Source: an uncultured Bacteroidota bacterium (GTDB lineage: Bacteria; Bacteroidota; Bacteroidia; Bacteroidales; P3). From it: a DNA stretch of 64,000 nt. The stretch's first letter is position 1; every line of letters starts with the position of its first letter. The notes beneath the pieces were generated by a model that saw only the letters and a program-made list of their open reading frames with translations, ran no database searches and was not told the origin of the DNA. Positions 18,763 to 26,672 of the stretch are shown here, in pieces. The stretch spans positions 66,349 to 130,348 of the forward strand of contig CADALO010000002.1 of the NCBI GenBank assembly GCA_902788805.1, in the 5' to 3' direction. The position numbers and the translations under genes were made by a program.

Positions 18763-19566
18763 TTACATAGGCTTAATGCGGCGTGCAAGTTTGGCAGCAA
18801 GACCCGGACAGAACTGCTTGATGTATGCCATCAGCAACTCATAACGTCCGACAAGGACCTCACGCTTTTTCTTATACACAGCCTTAACAATCTTGTCTGC
18901 AGCTTGTTGAGGCGTAACGCCACCAGCCTGACCAGCATCCATCTTGCCGTGCTGCTTGCCATCCTTCTCGAGGGCGTATTTAGAAATATTTGTCTGTACA
19001 CGACCCGGACAAACAATCGTGACACGAATATTCTGGTCGTAGGTCTCGGCCTGAACAGTCTCGAAGAAGCCATACAGCGCGTGCTTTGCCGAGCTATAAG
19101 CGCAACGCAATGGGAAACCAAAGCGTCCTGCAATACTGGTAGTTACCACCAATTGACCGCCACCACGCTCTATCATTCGCGGCAGGATGTTCTTAGTCAA
19201 AATTACAGGAGCATAGTAGTCGATATCCATAACCTTGCGGATGACACGCATTTCCGTCTCAACGGTTGTACCGCGCTGGCTGATACCCGCATTGTTATAA
19301 AGAACATCAATGCCACCAAACTGATTCCAAGCCTTTTCCGCCAAGGCGTCAAGACCATCACTATCGCTCAAATCGAATGGCAATGCAGCAGCATCGGGGG
19401 CACCAAGTTCTTTGCAACGATTAACCACACCTTCAAGCAAATCGGCTTCAAGGGCAGTGACGATTATGCGCGCCCCCTCTTGTGCAAAACGATAGGCAGT
19501 AGCCTCGCCAATGCCCGATGAGGCACCCGTAATCCAAACAACTTTATTATTGAATTTTTTACTCAT
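18763..19566 (-). CDS. SDR-family oxidoreductase (CapC-like candidate 3-dehydrocapnine reductase)
   Basis: 267 aa. VVWITGASSGIGEA Rossmann motif and YSSAKHAL catalytic Y-x3-K. Only 6 nt downstream of the cysteate-synthase-like gene. Confidence 0.8.
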   Translation of the reverse strand: MSKKFNNKVVWITGASSGIGEATAYRFAQEGARIIVTALEADLLEGVVNRCKELGAPDAAALPFDLSDSDGLDALAEKAWNQFGGIDVLYNNAGISQRGTTVETEMRVIRKVMDIDYYAPVILTKNILPRMIERGGGQLVVTTSIAGRFGFPLRCAYSSAKHALYGFFETVQAETYDQNIRVTIVCPGRVQTNISKYALEKDGKQHGKMDAGQAGGVTPQQAADKIVKAVYKKKREVLVGRYELLMAYIKQFCPGLAAKLARRIKPM

Positions 19567-19572
19567 TAAGTG

Positions 19573-20790
19573 TTATTTTTCAACCAGTTCACGGAACCAA
19601 CCTGCTCGGTCGCTGCCCTCACCGGTATTGAGAAGCACAGTGTCGCCACTCTTTATCAAGCCTTTGTCCACGGCCTGGAAAAAACCGGAATAACACACCA
19701 TCGACGCAGGGCCCATAAGTGTCCTCTGCGACTTCTTCATTTCCTTACCATACTGCGGCAGTTCGGCCTCTGCAACACGCAAAAACGTGCCACCCGACTT
19801 ACGAACCAGAGGAGCTACGAGAGGATAGTTGCCCGGATTGGCAGCCGTGAGGATACCTATACGCGTCTTTATGTCTTTCTTGGCCTCATAGTCTTTCTCC
19901 CAGCCTTCGGTGAACCCAGTGGCAGTGGCTTTCTCCCACGCCGTCACCATCGGGTCACACTCGTCCTGCTGGACAAGCAGCATACGCGGCAGCTCAGCGT
20001 CGGCATCAATCATACCGCAGCGCTTCAGGTCGCGGAAACCCTTCTCGAATGCCAACGGCGATGTGCCACCGGCAACAGCCTGCATATAAACCGTAGGCAG
20101 CTGTCCCATCTGGCGCAGACACTCGTATGCCAACAGACGCTTTGACTCAATGCGCAATGGGTCGGTATTGCCACCACTGATAAGCACGTGGTTTTCTTTA
20201 TGATAGGCTGCAGCCTCAGCTTTGGCATCGCCATAGCCGCCTTTCGAAATAACAATTGGTTGACCTACCTTGCGGATAGCCTCGACAGTGGCGGGGTCGA
20301 TGCAATTGGGAGCGAATTCAGTGAACTTGATGCCGGCCTTTGCAAGATAAGTCGCAAAAGCCACACCTGAGTTGCCAGTAGAAGCCAGGCAATATTCCTT
20401 CACTCCGTTCTCTTTCAGCACCGTGGCAGCCAGCGCTGCGCTGATGTCCTTGAACGAGCCGCTACCGGCGTTCTGGTCGTTGCGGTAAACAAACACCTTG
20501 CAATCAATGCCTTTCTCTTTGGCGTATGACTCAAGATTGTCCCAACGCTCCATCGGTATCAGACCCTCGTTGAAACTGACCACATTGTCGTGCTTCTCAA
20601 TGGGGAGGACATCAAAGTAATAATCTTGGTATGAGCCATTTATGGGCTTTCCAAAACTAAACGGAGTGCTGTCGGTGTATTCCACTTCAGCATAGCCGCT
20701 TCCGCACTCACACTGCTGGTCTTGCTGAAACCAAGTGGCAAAGTCAGCTATGACTTTGCCACATTTCTTGCATCGAAGTTGGTATTTCAT
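19573..20790 (-). CDS. ThrC-fold PLP enzyme with N-terminal zinc ribbon, cysteate-synthase-like (CapA-like)
   Basis: 405 aa. N-terminal CKKCGK...CECG ribbon, PLP-lysine motif GSGSFKD, glycine loop AVAGGTS. The assignment rests on architecture plus neighbours (AONS paralog and SDR). Confidence 0.6.
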   Translation of the reverse strand: MKYQLRCKKCGKVIADFATWFQQDQQCECGSGYAEVEYTDSTPFSFGKPINGSYQDYYFDVLPIEKHDNVVSFNEGLIPMERWDNLESYAKEKGIDCKVFVYRNDQNAGSGSFKDISAALAATVLKENGVKEYCLASTGNSGVAFATYLAKAGIKFTEFAPNCIDPATVEAIRKVGQPIVISKGGYGDAKAEAAAYHKENHVLISGGNTDPLRIESKRLLAYECLRQMGQLPTVYMQAVAGGTSPLAFEKGFRDLKRCGMIDADAELPRMLLVQQDECDPMVTAWEKATATGFTEGWEKDYEAKKDIKTRIGILTAANPGNYPLVAPLVRKSGGTFLRVAEAELPQYGKEMKKSQRTLMGPASMVCYSGFFQAVDKGLIKSGDTVLLNTGEGSDRAGWFRELVEK

Positions 20791-20810
20791 TCGGTCGTTG
20801 ACAGGTTTTT

Positions 20811-20882
20811 GTTGATATGTTGATATGTTAGATGTTGATACGTTTTGGCCATATCAACATCAAACATATCAACTTATCAACG
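20811..20882. repeat. hairpin built from tandem GTTGATAT octamers, between two genes of the sulfonolipid cluster
   Basis: gttgatat gttgatat gttagat gttgatac g ttttgg cc atatcaac atcaaac atatcaac ttatcaac g. The arms are complementary apart from about 3 mismatches. Sits 7 nt after stop 20889 and 21 nt before ATG 20790. Confidence 0.85.
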
Positions 20883-20888
20883 AATTAT

Positions 20889-22154
20889 TCATCCTTTCTT
20901 AATGATATGCATATCGGGCATCGGCTTGTTGTAGAAGCCGGCATCGAGTTTCTTCTTGACCTCGCGGAACACCTCAATGGTGCGGTTGGCGTGTTCCATC
21001 GTGTGGACAGCCGTCGGGATGATGCGCAGCATAATCTGACCCTTCGGCACAACGGGATAAACCACAATTGAGCAGAAGATTCCGTAATTCTCGCGCAGGT
21101 CGACAACGACGTTGGTACCCTGGTTCACATCGCCTGGGAAGAACACCGGCGTGATGGGGCTTTCGGTGACACCCGTGTTGAGACCCTCAGCCTGCAGCGA
21201 CTTCTGCAAATGGGTCGAGAGTTCCCACAGCTTCTCACGGTACTCGGGATGCTGGTTGATAATCTCCAAACGGCGCTTGACACCCCAAACGATAGGCATC
21301 GGCAGGCTCTTGGCGTAGATCTGCGAGCGCATATTGAAGCGCAGATAGGTGATGATATCCTCATCGTTGCAGCCGATAAAGCCGCCGATGATGGCCATCG
21401 TCTTGGCGAAAGCGCAGAAATAGAGGTCAATGTCGTCGGCGCAGTTGAAGTGGGTGTGCGTACCGCGACCCTCGGGACCCATAACGCCCATACCGTGGGC
21501 ATCGTCGATAAGGATGCGGAAGTTGAACTCCTTCTTCAGAGCAACAATCTTGTCCAGCGCACCGAGGTCGCCTTCCATACCGTAGACACCTTCGGTAGCC
21601 ACCAGTATGCCGCCGCCCTGCTTCTCGGCCAGAGCAGTGGCCTGAGTCAGCTGCTTGCGCAGGCTCTCGATGTCGTTGTGCTGATATTTGAAACGCTTGG
21701 CACCCGTCACGCGGAAACCGTCGATCAGGCAGGCGTGAGCCTCGCTGTCATAGACGATGACATCGCGCAGGCTGACGATGGTGTCAAGGATGCTGATCTG
21801 TCCTTGATAGCCGAAGTTGAGCAGGTAGCCGTATTTCTTGTGCGTGTACTCGCACAGCATAGCCTCAACCTCCTCGTGCAGAGCGGTGTGACCCGACATC
21901 ATACGGGCGCCCATCGGGTAAGCCAGACCCCAGCGGCGTGCACCCTCCTCATCGGCGGCGCGCACCTCGGGATTGTTGGCTAGACCCAGGTAGTTGTTAA
22001 GGCTCCAGTTCAGGACCTTCTTGCCGTTGAACGTCATCTCGGGACCCAGCTCGCCTTCGAGCTTCGGGAAATAAAAATAGCCATCGGCCAGCTTGCGATA
22101 CTGTCCTAAAGGACCGCCGGTCGATTCTTTGATTCTTTCAAAAATATCTTTCAT
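20889..22154 (-). CDS. alpha-oxoamine synthase family PLP enzyme (CapB/SulA-like candidate cysteate C-fatty-acyltransferase)
   Basis: 421 aa. NNYLGLANNPEV, DSEAHACLIDG, ILIDDAHGMGVMGPEGRGT and CAFAKTMA (PLP lysine) are AONS-family motifs. Clearly distinct from the SPT paralog at 49872..51056. Confidence 0.65.
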   Translation of the reverse strand: MKDIFERIKESTGGPLGQYRKLADGYFYFPKLEGELGPEMTFNGKKVLNWSLNNYLGLANNPEVRAADEEGARRWGLAYPMGARMMSGHTALHEEVEAMLCEYTHKKYGYLLNFGYQGQISILDTIVSLRDVIVYDSEAHACLIDGFRVTGAKRFKYQHNDIESLRKQLTQATALAEKQGGGILVATEGVYGMEGDLGALDKIVALKKEFNFRILIDDAHGMGVMGPEGRGTHTHFNCADDIDLYFCAFAKTMAIIGGFIGCNDEDIITYLRFNMRSQIYAKSLPMPIVWGVKRRLEIINQHPEYREKLWELSTHLQKSLQAEGLNTGVTESPITPVFFPGDVNQGTNVVVDLRENYGIFCSIVVYPVVPKGQIMLRIIPTAVHTMEHANRTIEVFREVKKKLDAGFYNKPMPDMHIIKKG

Positions 22155-22238
22155 ATCTTTTAAATTTTATCTTTAATATCAATGTAACAATATAGTTGCC
22201 AGTCACAAACGGCATTTGCCACGTGACGGTTCGAGAAG

Positions 22239-22246
22239 CAAAGATA
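22239..22246 (-). promoter_or_regulatory. putative -7 promoter box TATCTTTG for the sulfonolipid cluster
   Basis: caaagata on + strand, 85 nt upstream of ATG 22154. Confidence 0.45.
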
Positions 22247-22284
22247 CTAAAAAATCTTAAAACGGCAAACAATCCTTTAATAAC

Positions 22285-22335
22285 ATAAATAAAAATAAAC
22301 AAAACACATTGCCCCGCACAATGTGCGAGGCAATG
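22285..22335 (-). terminator. orphan terminator-like hairpin plus T-rich tail (minus strand)
   Basis: cattgccccgcaca a tgtgcgaggcaatg (14-bp arms, 1 mismatch) at 22307-22335. On the minus strand it is followed by GTGTTTTGTTTATTTTTATTTATG. No annotated minus-strand gene ends here. Confidence 0.35.
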
Positions 22336-22622
22336 ATGTCTTTTATACAGTAACGGCGCTCTTCAGCCCCTATTTCTTCACAATTGTCTTCACTCCGTAT
22401 TTGTCTTTGGTGCGCACCACTAGGAGGGTTGCTGACAAAATGTATACCCTTTTCAAAATGCATAGTCACAAAAAAGTGCTATTTCGCTGCAAAGAAATGC
22501 AAAAAAATACAAACCCATCATAATATTCTATTTAAAAAGACTTTATCCGAAGATTTTTTTCAATATGACACTTCTGCAAAAAAACACCACCAAACAGACC
22601 CACATAGGACAATCTACCTAAA

Positions 22623-22828
22623 AAGTTATTAACAAAATTCTATCAAACTTTACCAATGTAAAATTTGATAAGAATTTGGTAAAACTTTGAGTAAACTTTG
22701 ATAGGAAGATGGTACCTCGAAATCAGGGAGTTAAAATTTGGCCATTTTTGCCCTTTTTCGGCCCCTTCCGGAGGTGAGTTATTAACAATTTCGGAGGCCT
22801 GTTTTTGGCGAAAATGAGTTTGGCACGG
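22623..22828. repeat. dispersed intergenic element, copy A (inverted relative to copies B and C)
   Basis: Aligns over about 206 nt with the reverse complement of 32040..32250. This includes a 54-nt identical block (22647-22700 = rc 32173-32226). GTTATTAAC palindromes at 22625 and 22778. Confidence 0.9.
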
Positions 22829-22975
22829 CATCCGGAGCGCAGGCTTCCAGCCTGCAAGAATTTCGGCACGGAAAACATCGGCAAAAGTCTGTCGGTGTCC
22901 ATCTATACTTCCACGCATTTTCACAAAAAATCCCTCTACATACAACATTTTCGGGGTTTTGACGTAATTGTCTGT

Positions 22976-23428
22976 ATGGAAGCTAAGAATATTATCGAAA
23001 TAAAGAATAAGAAAGCTGAATATCAGTACTTCCTATTGGATTCATATACCGCGGGACTGGTGTTGACGGGCACGGAGATAAAGAGCATCCGCGAAGGGCG
23101 CGCCAACCTGACGGACGCTTACTGCGCCTTTATCGGCAACGAGCTGTATGTAAAGCAGATGCACATTGCCGAATATCGTTTCGGCAGCTGGCTGAACCAC
23201 GCCGCCAAGCGCGACCGCAAGCTGCTGCTGAACCGCAAGGAGCTGCGCAAACTGCAAAACAAGATCAAGGAACGCGGCTTCACCATCGTCCCTACCCTGC
23301 TGTTCATCAATCCCGAAGGCTACGCCAAACTGGATATTTCGCTGGCACGAGGCAAGAAGTTCTTCGACAAGCGCGAGACCATTAAGGAGAAAGACACACG
23401 CCGCGATATGGAGCGACAGCTGAGATAA
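22976..23428 (+). CDS. smpB: SsrA-binding protein
   Basis: ORF 22805..23428. ATG 22976 gives [41 protein letters not shown]..., the canonical SmpB N-terminus and length (150 aa). Confidence 0.9.
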   Translation: MEAKNIIEIKNKKAEYQYFLLDSYTAGLVLTGTEIKSIREGRANLTDAYCAFIGNELYVKQMHIAEYRFGSWLNHAAKRDRKLLLNRKELRKLQNKIKERGFTIVPTLLFINPEGYAKLDISLARGKKFFDKRETIKEKDTRRDMERQLR

Positions 23429-23437
23429 GGTTAAAGG

Positions 23438-23469
23438 GTTGATTTGTTGATTTGTTTGAGGGTTGAAGG
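23438..23469. repeat. four tandem 8-nt units (GTTGATTT GTTGATTT GTTTGAGG GTTGAAGG) in a 54-nt C-free tract
   Basis: Read directly. No cytosine on the + strand from 23421 to 23474. Lies between the smpB stop and the lysC start. Confidence 0.85.
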
Positions 23470-23550
23470 GTTTTCGTTTTAGTCTTCGTTTTCGTAAATA
23501 CTAAATCTATCTGAAGTTAACGTTAAGGTCAAAGTTAAGGTTAGAATATT

Positions 23551-24819
23551 ATGAAAGTCTTTAAATTCGGCGGTGCATCCGTCAACAGCGTCGAGGCCAT
23601 AAAGAATATGGCTCACATCGTGGCCGACCATCTTGACGAGCCGCTCGTGGTGGTGGTGTCGGCTATGGGCAAGACCACCAACCTGCTGGAAAGAATAATC
23701 CCCGGCATCCCAAAGTCGGACGAGGAGCGCAGGGCGTTGTTGAAACAATCTGAAGACTACCACTTTGGCATAGCCAACGAACTGCTTGACGACGGCGACG
23801 AAACCTTTACAAAGCTTCGCGGACTATTTGCCGAGCTTGAGAGGGTCTCGACCTCTAATCCAGGCAATTATAATTTCGACTACGACCAAACAGTGTCGTA
23901 TGGTGAATTGATCTCTACAACACTTATTTCCGGCTACCTTAACAGCATTGGAATCAGCAATGAATGGGTAGATGTGCGCCAGGTGATACGCACCGACGAG
24001 AACTACCGCGAAGGCAATGTAGACTTTGAGACCACGCGCCGCCAAGCACAAGAAACAATCAATTCACAATTCACAATTCACAATTCACAATTAATCATCA
24101 CCCAGGGATTTATTGCGGGAACAGACAAAGGGACAACTACCACGCTCGGACGCGAGGGTTCGGACTACAGCGCCTCTATCCTCTCCTATTGCCTCGATGC
24201 AGACAGTATGACCATCTGGAAAGACGTGCCAGGCTTCCTCAACGCCGACCCGAAGTTCTTCGCAAACACAGTGAAGATAAATAAGATACCATTCAACGAG
24301 GCCATCGAGCTGGCCTACTATGGTGCATCGGTGATTCACCCCAAGACAGTCAAACCGATACAGAACAAGGGCATTTGCCTTAACATAAAGTCGTTTATCG
24401 ATCCTTCGGCCGAGGGCTCAATCATAGGTCCCTATAGCAGCATCGAACCACTTACACCCCTGTACATTTTCACAAACAACCAGCTGCTTATCTCCATACA
24501 ACCTAAAGACTTCTCGTTTATTGCCGAGGATAATCTGCAAACAATTTTCGCTGTACTGGCTGAATTGAACATACGCGTCAACCTGATGCAGAATTCGGCT
24601 TTGAGCTTCTCGCTTTGTATGAACTACAACGAGATACTGCTCAACAAGATTCGCGAGCGCCTCGAGAGTCAGTTCCGACTGGTTTACAATACTGGACTGC
24701 AACTGATTACAATACGATACTACAATCAACAGATTATTGACGAGATTGTCGGCGACAGGACCGTGCTGCTTCAGCAACGTTCACGCACAACAACACAGCT
24801 TTTAGTTGATTCCAAATGA
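23551..24819 (+). CDS. lysC: aspartate kinase
   Basis: 422 aa. MKVFKFGGASV N-terminus, VVVVSAMGKTTN, TLGREGSDYSA, two C-terminal ACT-like regions. Confidence 0.9.
   Translation: MKVFKFGGASVNSVEAIKNMAHIVADHLDEPLVVVVSAMGKTTNLLERIIPGIPKSDEERRALLKQSEDYHFGIANELLDDGDETFTKLRGLFAELERVSTSNPGNYNFDYDQTVSYGELISTTLISGYLNSIGISNEWVDVRQVIRTDENYREGNVDFETTRRQAQETINSQFTIHNSQLIITQGFIAGTDKGTTTTLGREGSDYSASILSYCLDADSMTIWKDVPGFLNADPKFFANTVKINKIPFNEAIELAYYGASVIHPKTVKPIQNKGICLNIKSFIDPSAEGSIIGPYSSIEPLTPLYIFTNNQLLISIQPKDFSFIAEDNLQTIFAVLAELNIRVNLMQNSALSFSLCMNYNEILLNKIRERLESQFRLVYNTGLQLITIRYYNQQIIDEIVGDRTVLLQQRSRTTTQLLVDSK
24061..24092 (+). repeat. heptanucleotide microsatellite (AATTCAC)x4.5 inside lysC
   Basis: aattcac aattcac aattcac aattcac aatt, translated in frame as NSQFTIHNSQL. 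Confidence 0.95.
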
Positions 24820-25490
24820 TTTATAGGCTGACGAAAAGCAAATTCATACTCGGTTTGCAATGCGAGAAGGCTTTGTATCTTGACGTATACAAGCCGAATC
24901 TGGCATATTATCCTCCTGAAACTCTGGCCCGTTTCCGTAAAGGACGCGACTTTGAGGCAAAGGTTAAGGCGCTGTTTCCAAATGCCATAGACATCAGCCA
25001 ACAGCTTGGACGCAACATTCAGCGCTACCCTGAACTGACTGCCCGGATACTCGAACAGCCCGGCGAGGTGAACCTCTATGAGGCTGGTTTTGTTTATAAT
25101 GAGGTGCTTGTGCTTGCCGACATCGTACACAAAGACATCAACGGAACAATCTCAATCTACGAAGTGAAGAACTCGCCTTCGGTCAAAGAGGTTTTCCGTC
25201 GCGATGTCAGTATACAGCACTATGTTATCAGCCACTGTTTAAGCAACATAGATTCCTTTTCGATTATCTATAACGATGGTGAGGACAATCCGGTTTATGA
25301 GGAACTGCTGCCCGAAGCACAAGCAGCTGAGCCGCTGATAGCAAAGCAGGTAGAACAATTCAAAGATGTTCTTCAAGGTATGGAGCCACAGGTTAAGACC
25401 GGCACGCAATGCACTGTGCCATACGAGTGTCCGTATCGTCGTTACTGCAATGGCAATGTGAGCGCCCAGTTAGAACTTGGAGGCTTTTAG
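24816..25490 (+). CDS. PD-(D/E)XK nuclease, Cas4/DUF2779-like with Cys cluster
   Basis: 224 aa. D...E-x-K pattern (LADIVHKD...SIYEVKNS). One N-terminal Cys (LGLQCEK) and a C-terminal C-x5-C-x4-C (CTVPYECPYRRYC). The ATGA start overlaps the lysC stop. Confidence 0.6.
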   Translation: MIYRLTKSKFILGLQCEKALYLDVYKPNLAYYPPETLARFRKGRDFEAKVKALFPNAIDISQQLGRNIQRYPELTARILEQPGEVNLYEAGFVYNEVLVLADIVHKDINGTISIYEVKNSPSVKEVFRRDVSIQHYVISHCLSNIDSFSIIYNDGEDNPVYEELLPEAQAAEPLIAKQVEQFKDVLQGMEPQVKTGTQCTVPYECPYRRYCNGNVSAQLELGGF

Positions 25491-26540
25491 AAGGGCATCA
25501 CGGACCTCGTTCTCGTCAAGGACGACATCAATCACCGGCGCACCGATTTCTTGCAGCAACACACATAGAATCAATCCATCAGCGTTCTTTTTGTCCTGTC
25601 GCATATACGAAAGGATGCCTTCGGTGTCTTTCAGAGTGATTTCCGGGAATGAACACAAGTAACGCAACATTCGGCAATAATTATCGTATATTTCTTCGCT
25701 CATTCCAAGCTTCTTAACAGACAAATAGAGCTCGCATTTCAACCCTATACCCACCGCAATACCGTGAGGAATGGATTGACCTTTTTCATTCAGATAACTC
25801 TCTATGGCGTGACCGAAAGTGTGACCGAAGTTGAGAATCTTACGTATTGACTTTTCAGAGGGGTCAACCTCGACAACACTTTTCTTGAATTCAACACATT
25901 GTGGAATAAAAGACATTATTTCCTTTATAGGAATCTTTGCACAGCCCAAAGCGAGTCTGAGCAATCCTTCAAATGCATATTTGTCGCAGAGAAGCAATGT
26001 CTTCGCCATCTCAAATATGCCAGAAACCAAGTCTTTAGGTTCTAATGTGTCGAGAAAATCCGGATGTATGCAGACGGCCTCTGGTTGATGGAAGAAACCC
26101 ACCTGGTTCTTTGCATTCTCAACATTCACTGCCGTTTTGCCCCCTATGGCAGCATCGATCATACCTATCAGTGTAGTGGGAATGTTGATGTATCGTATTC
26201 CACGCTTGAAACCGGCAGCAACAAAGCCGCCGATGTCGCTCACGCACCCGCCTCCAAGGTTCAGAATCACGCTGTTGCGGTCAGCTCCGCTGTCGAGCAA
26301 TGCGCCCCACAACTGGGCAGCGACCTCAAGCGATTTGGCCTCCTCACCGACAGGGACCTCAAAGAATTCGGCTTGCTCCAAAGCAGAGACACGGCTGATA
26401 AGGACCGGCAAACAATGAGTGTAAGTGTTTTCATCAACAATGATAAAGAACTTTGAATCTTTATAATCCTCACCCATCAGCATACGATTCAGTTTCGCCA
26501 ACGGGGTGATACGCGAAGGAAAAAAATATTTTGTTTTCAT
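25470..26540 (-). CDS. aroB: 3-dehydroquinate synthase
   Basis: 356 aa. LGGGCVSDIGGFVAA, PTTLIGMIDAAIGGKT and FGHTFGHAIE motifs. Confidence 0.9.
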   Translation of the reverse strand: MKTKYFFPSRITPLAKLNRMLMGEDYKDSKFFIIVDENTYTHCLPVLISRVSALEQAEFFEVPVGEEAKSLEVAAQLWGALLDSGADRNSVILNLGGGCVSDIGGFVAAGFKRGIRYINIPTTLIGMIDAAIGGKTAVNVENAKNQVGFFHQPEAVCIHPDFLDTLEPKDLVSGIFEMAKTLLLCDKYAFEGLLRLALGCAKIPIKEIMSFIPQCVEFKKSVVEVDPSEKSIRKILNFGHTFGHAIESYLNEKGQSIPHGIAVGIGLKCELYLSVKKLGMSEEIYDNYCRMLRYLCSFPEITLKDTEGILSYMRQDKKNADGLILCVLLQEIGAPVIDVVLDENEVRDALLKASKF

Positions 26541-26595
26541 ATAAACATCATATTACTAAATAGATAGCAGACTATAAAAAAGCAATTAAGCAATA

Positions 26596-26603
26596 CAAAA
26601 TTA
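26596..26603 (-). promoter_or_regulatory. putative -7 box TAATTTTG for aroB
   Basis: caaaatta on + strand, 56 nt upstream of ATG 26540. Back-to-back with the sigma-factor promoter. Confidence 0.4.
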
Positions 26604-26626
26604 CACGAAAAATCTGATTGCTGTGA

Positions 26627-26634
26627 TAATTTTG
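26627..26634 (+). promoter_or_regulatory. putative -7 box TAATTTTG for ECF sigma operon
   Basis: TAnnTTTG match 39 nt upstream of ATG 26673. This argues against the TTG 26640 start used in the ORF track. Confidence 0.4.
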
Positions 26635-26672
26635 TTTTTTTGGCGTTTAATATAGGCAAACAGAGCCACACG

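Noticed and set aside
22643-22948. A possible small-protein family encoded across the three repeat copies (track ORFs 22643..22948, 31919..32164 and 46443..46721, plus a short M/L-VPGNQGVEKW.F peptide frame).
   Set aside because: The open frames differ between copies. Copy B carries a 1-nt indel relative to A and C inside the putative peptide. Start codons are not conserved. Similarity is at the nucleotide level and includes clearly non-coding flanks.
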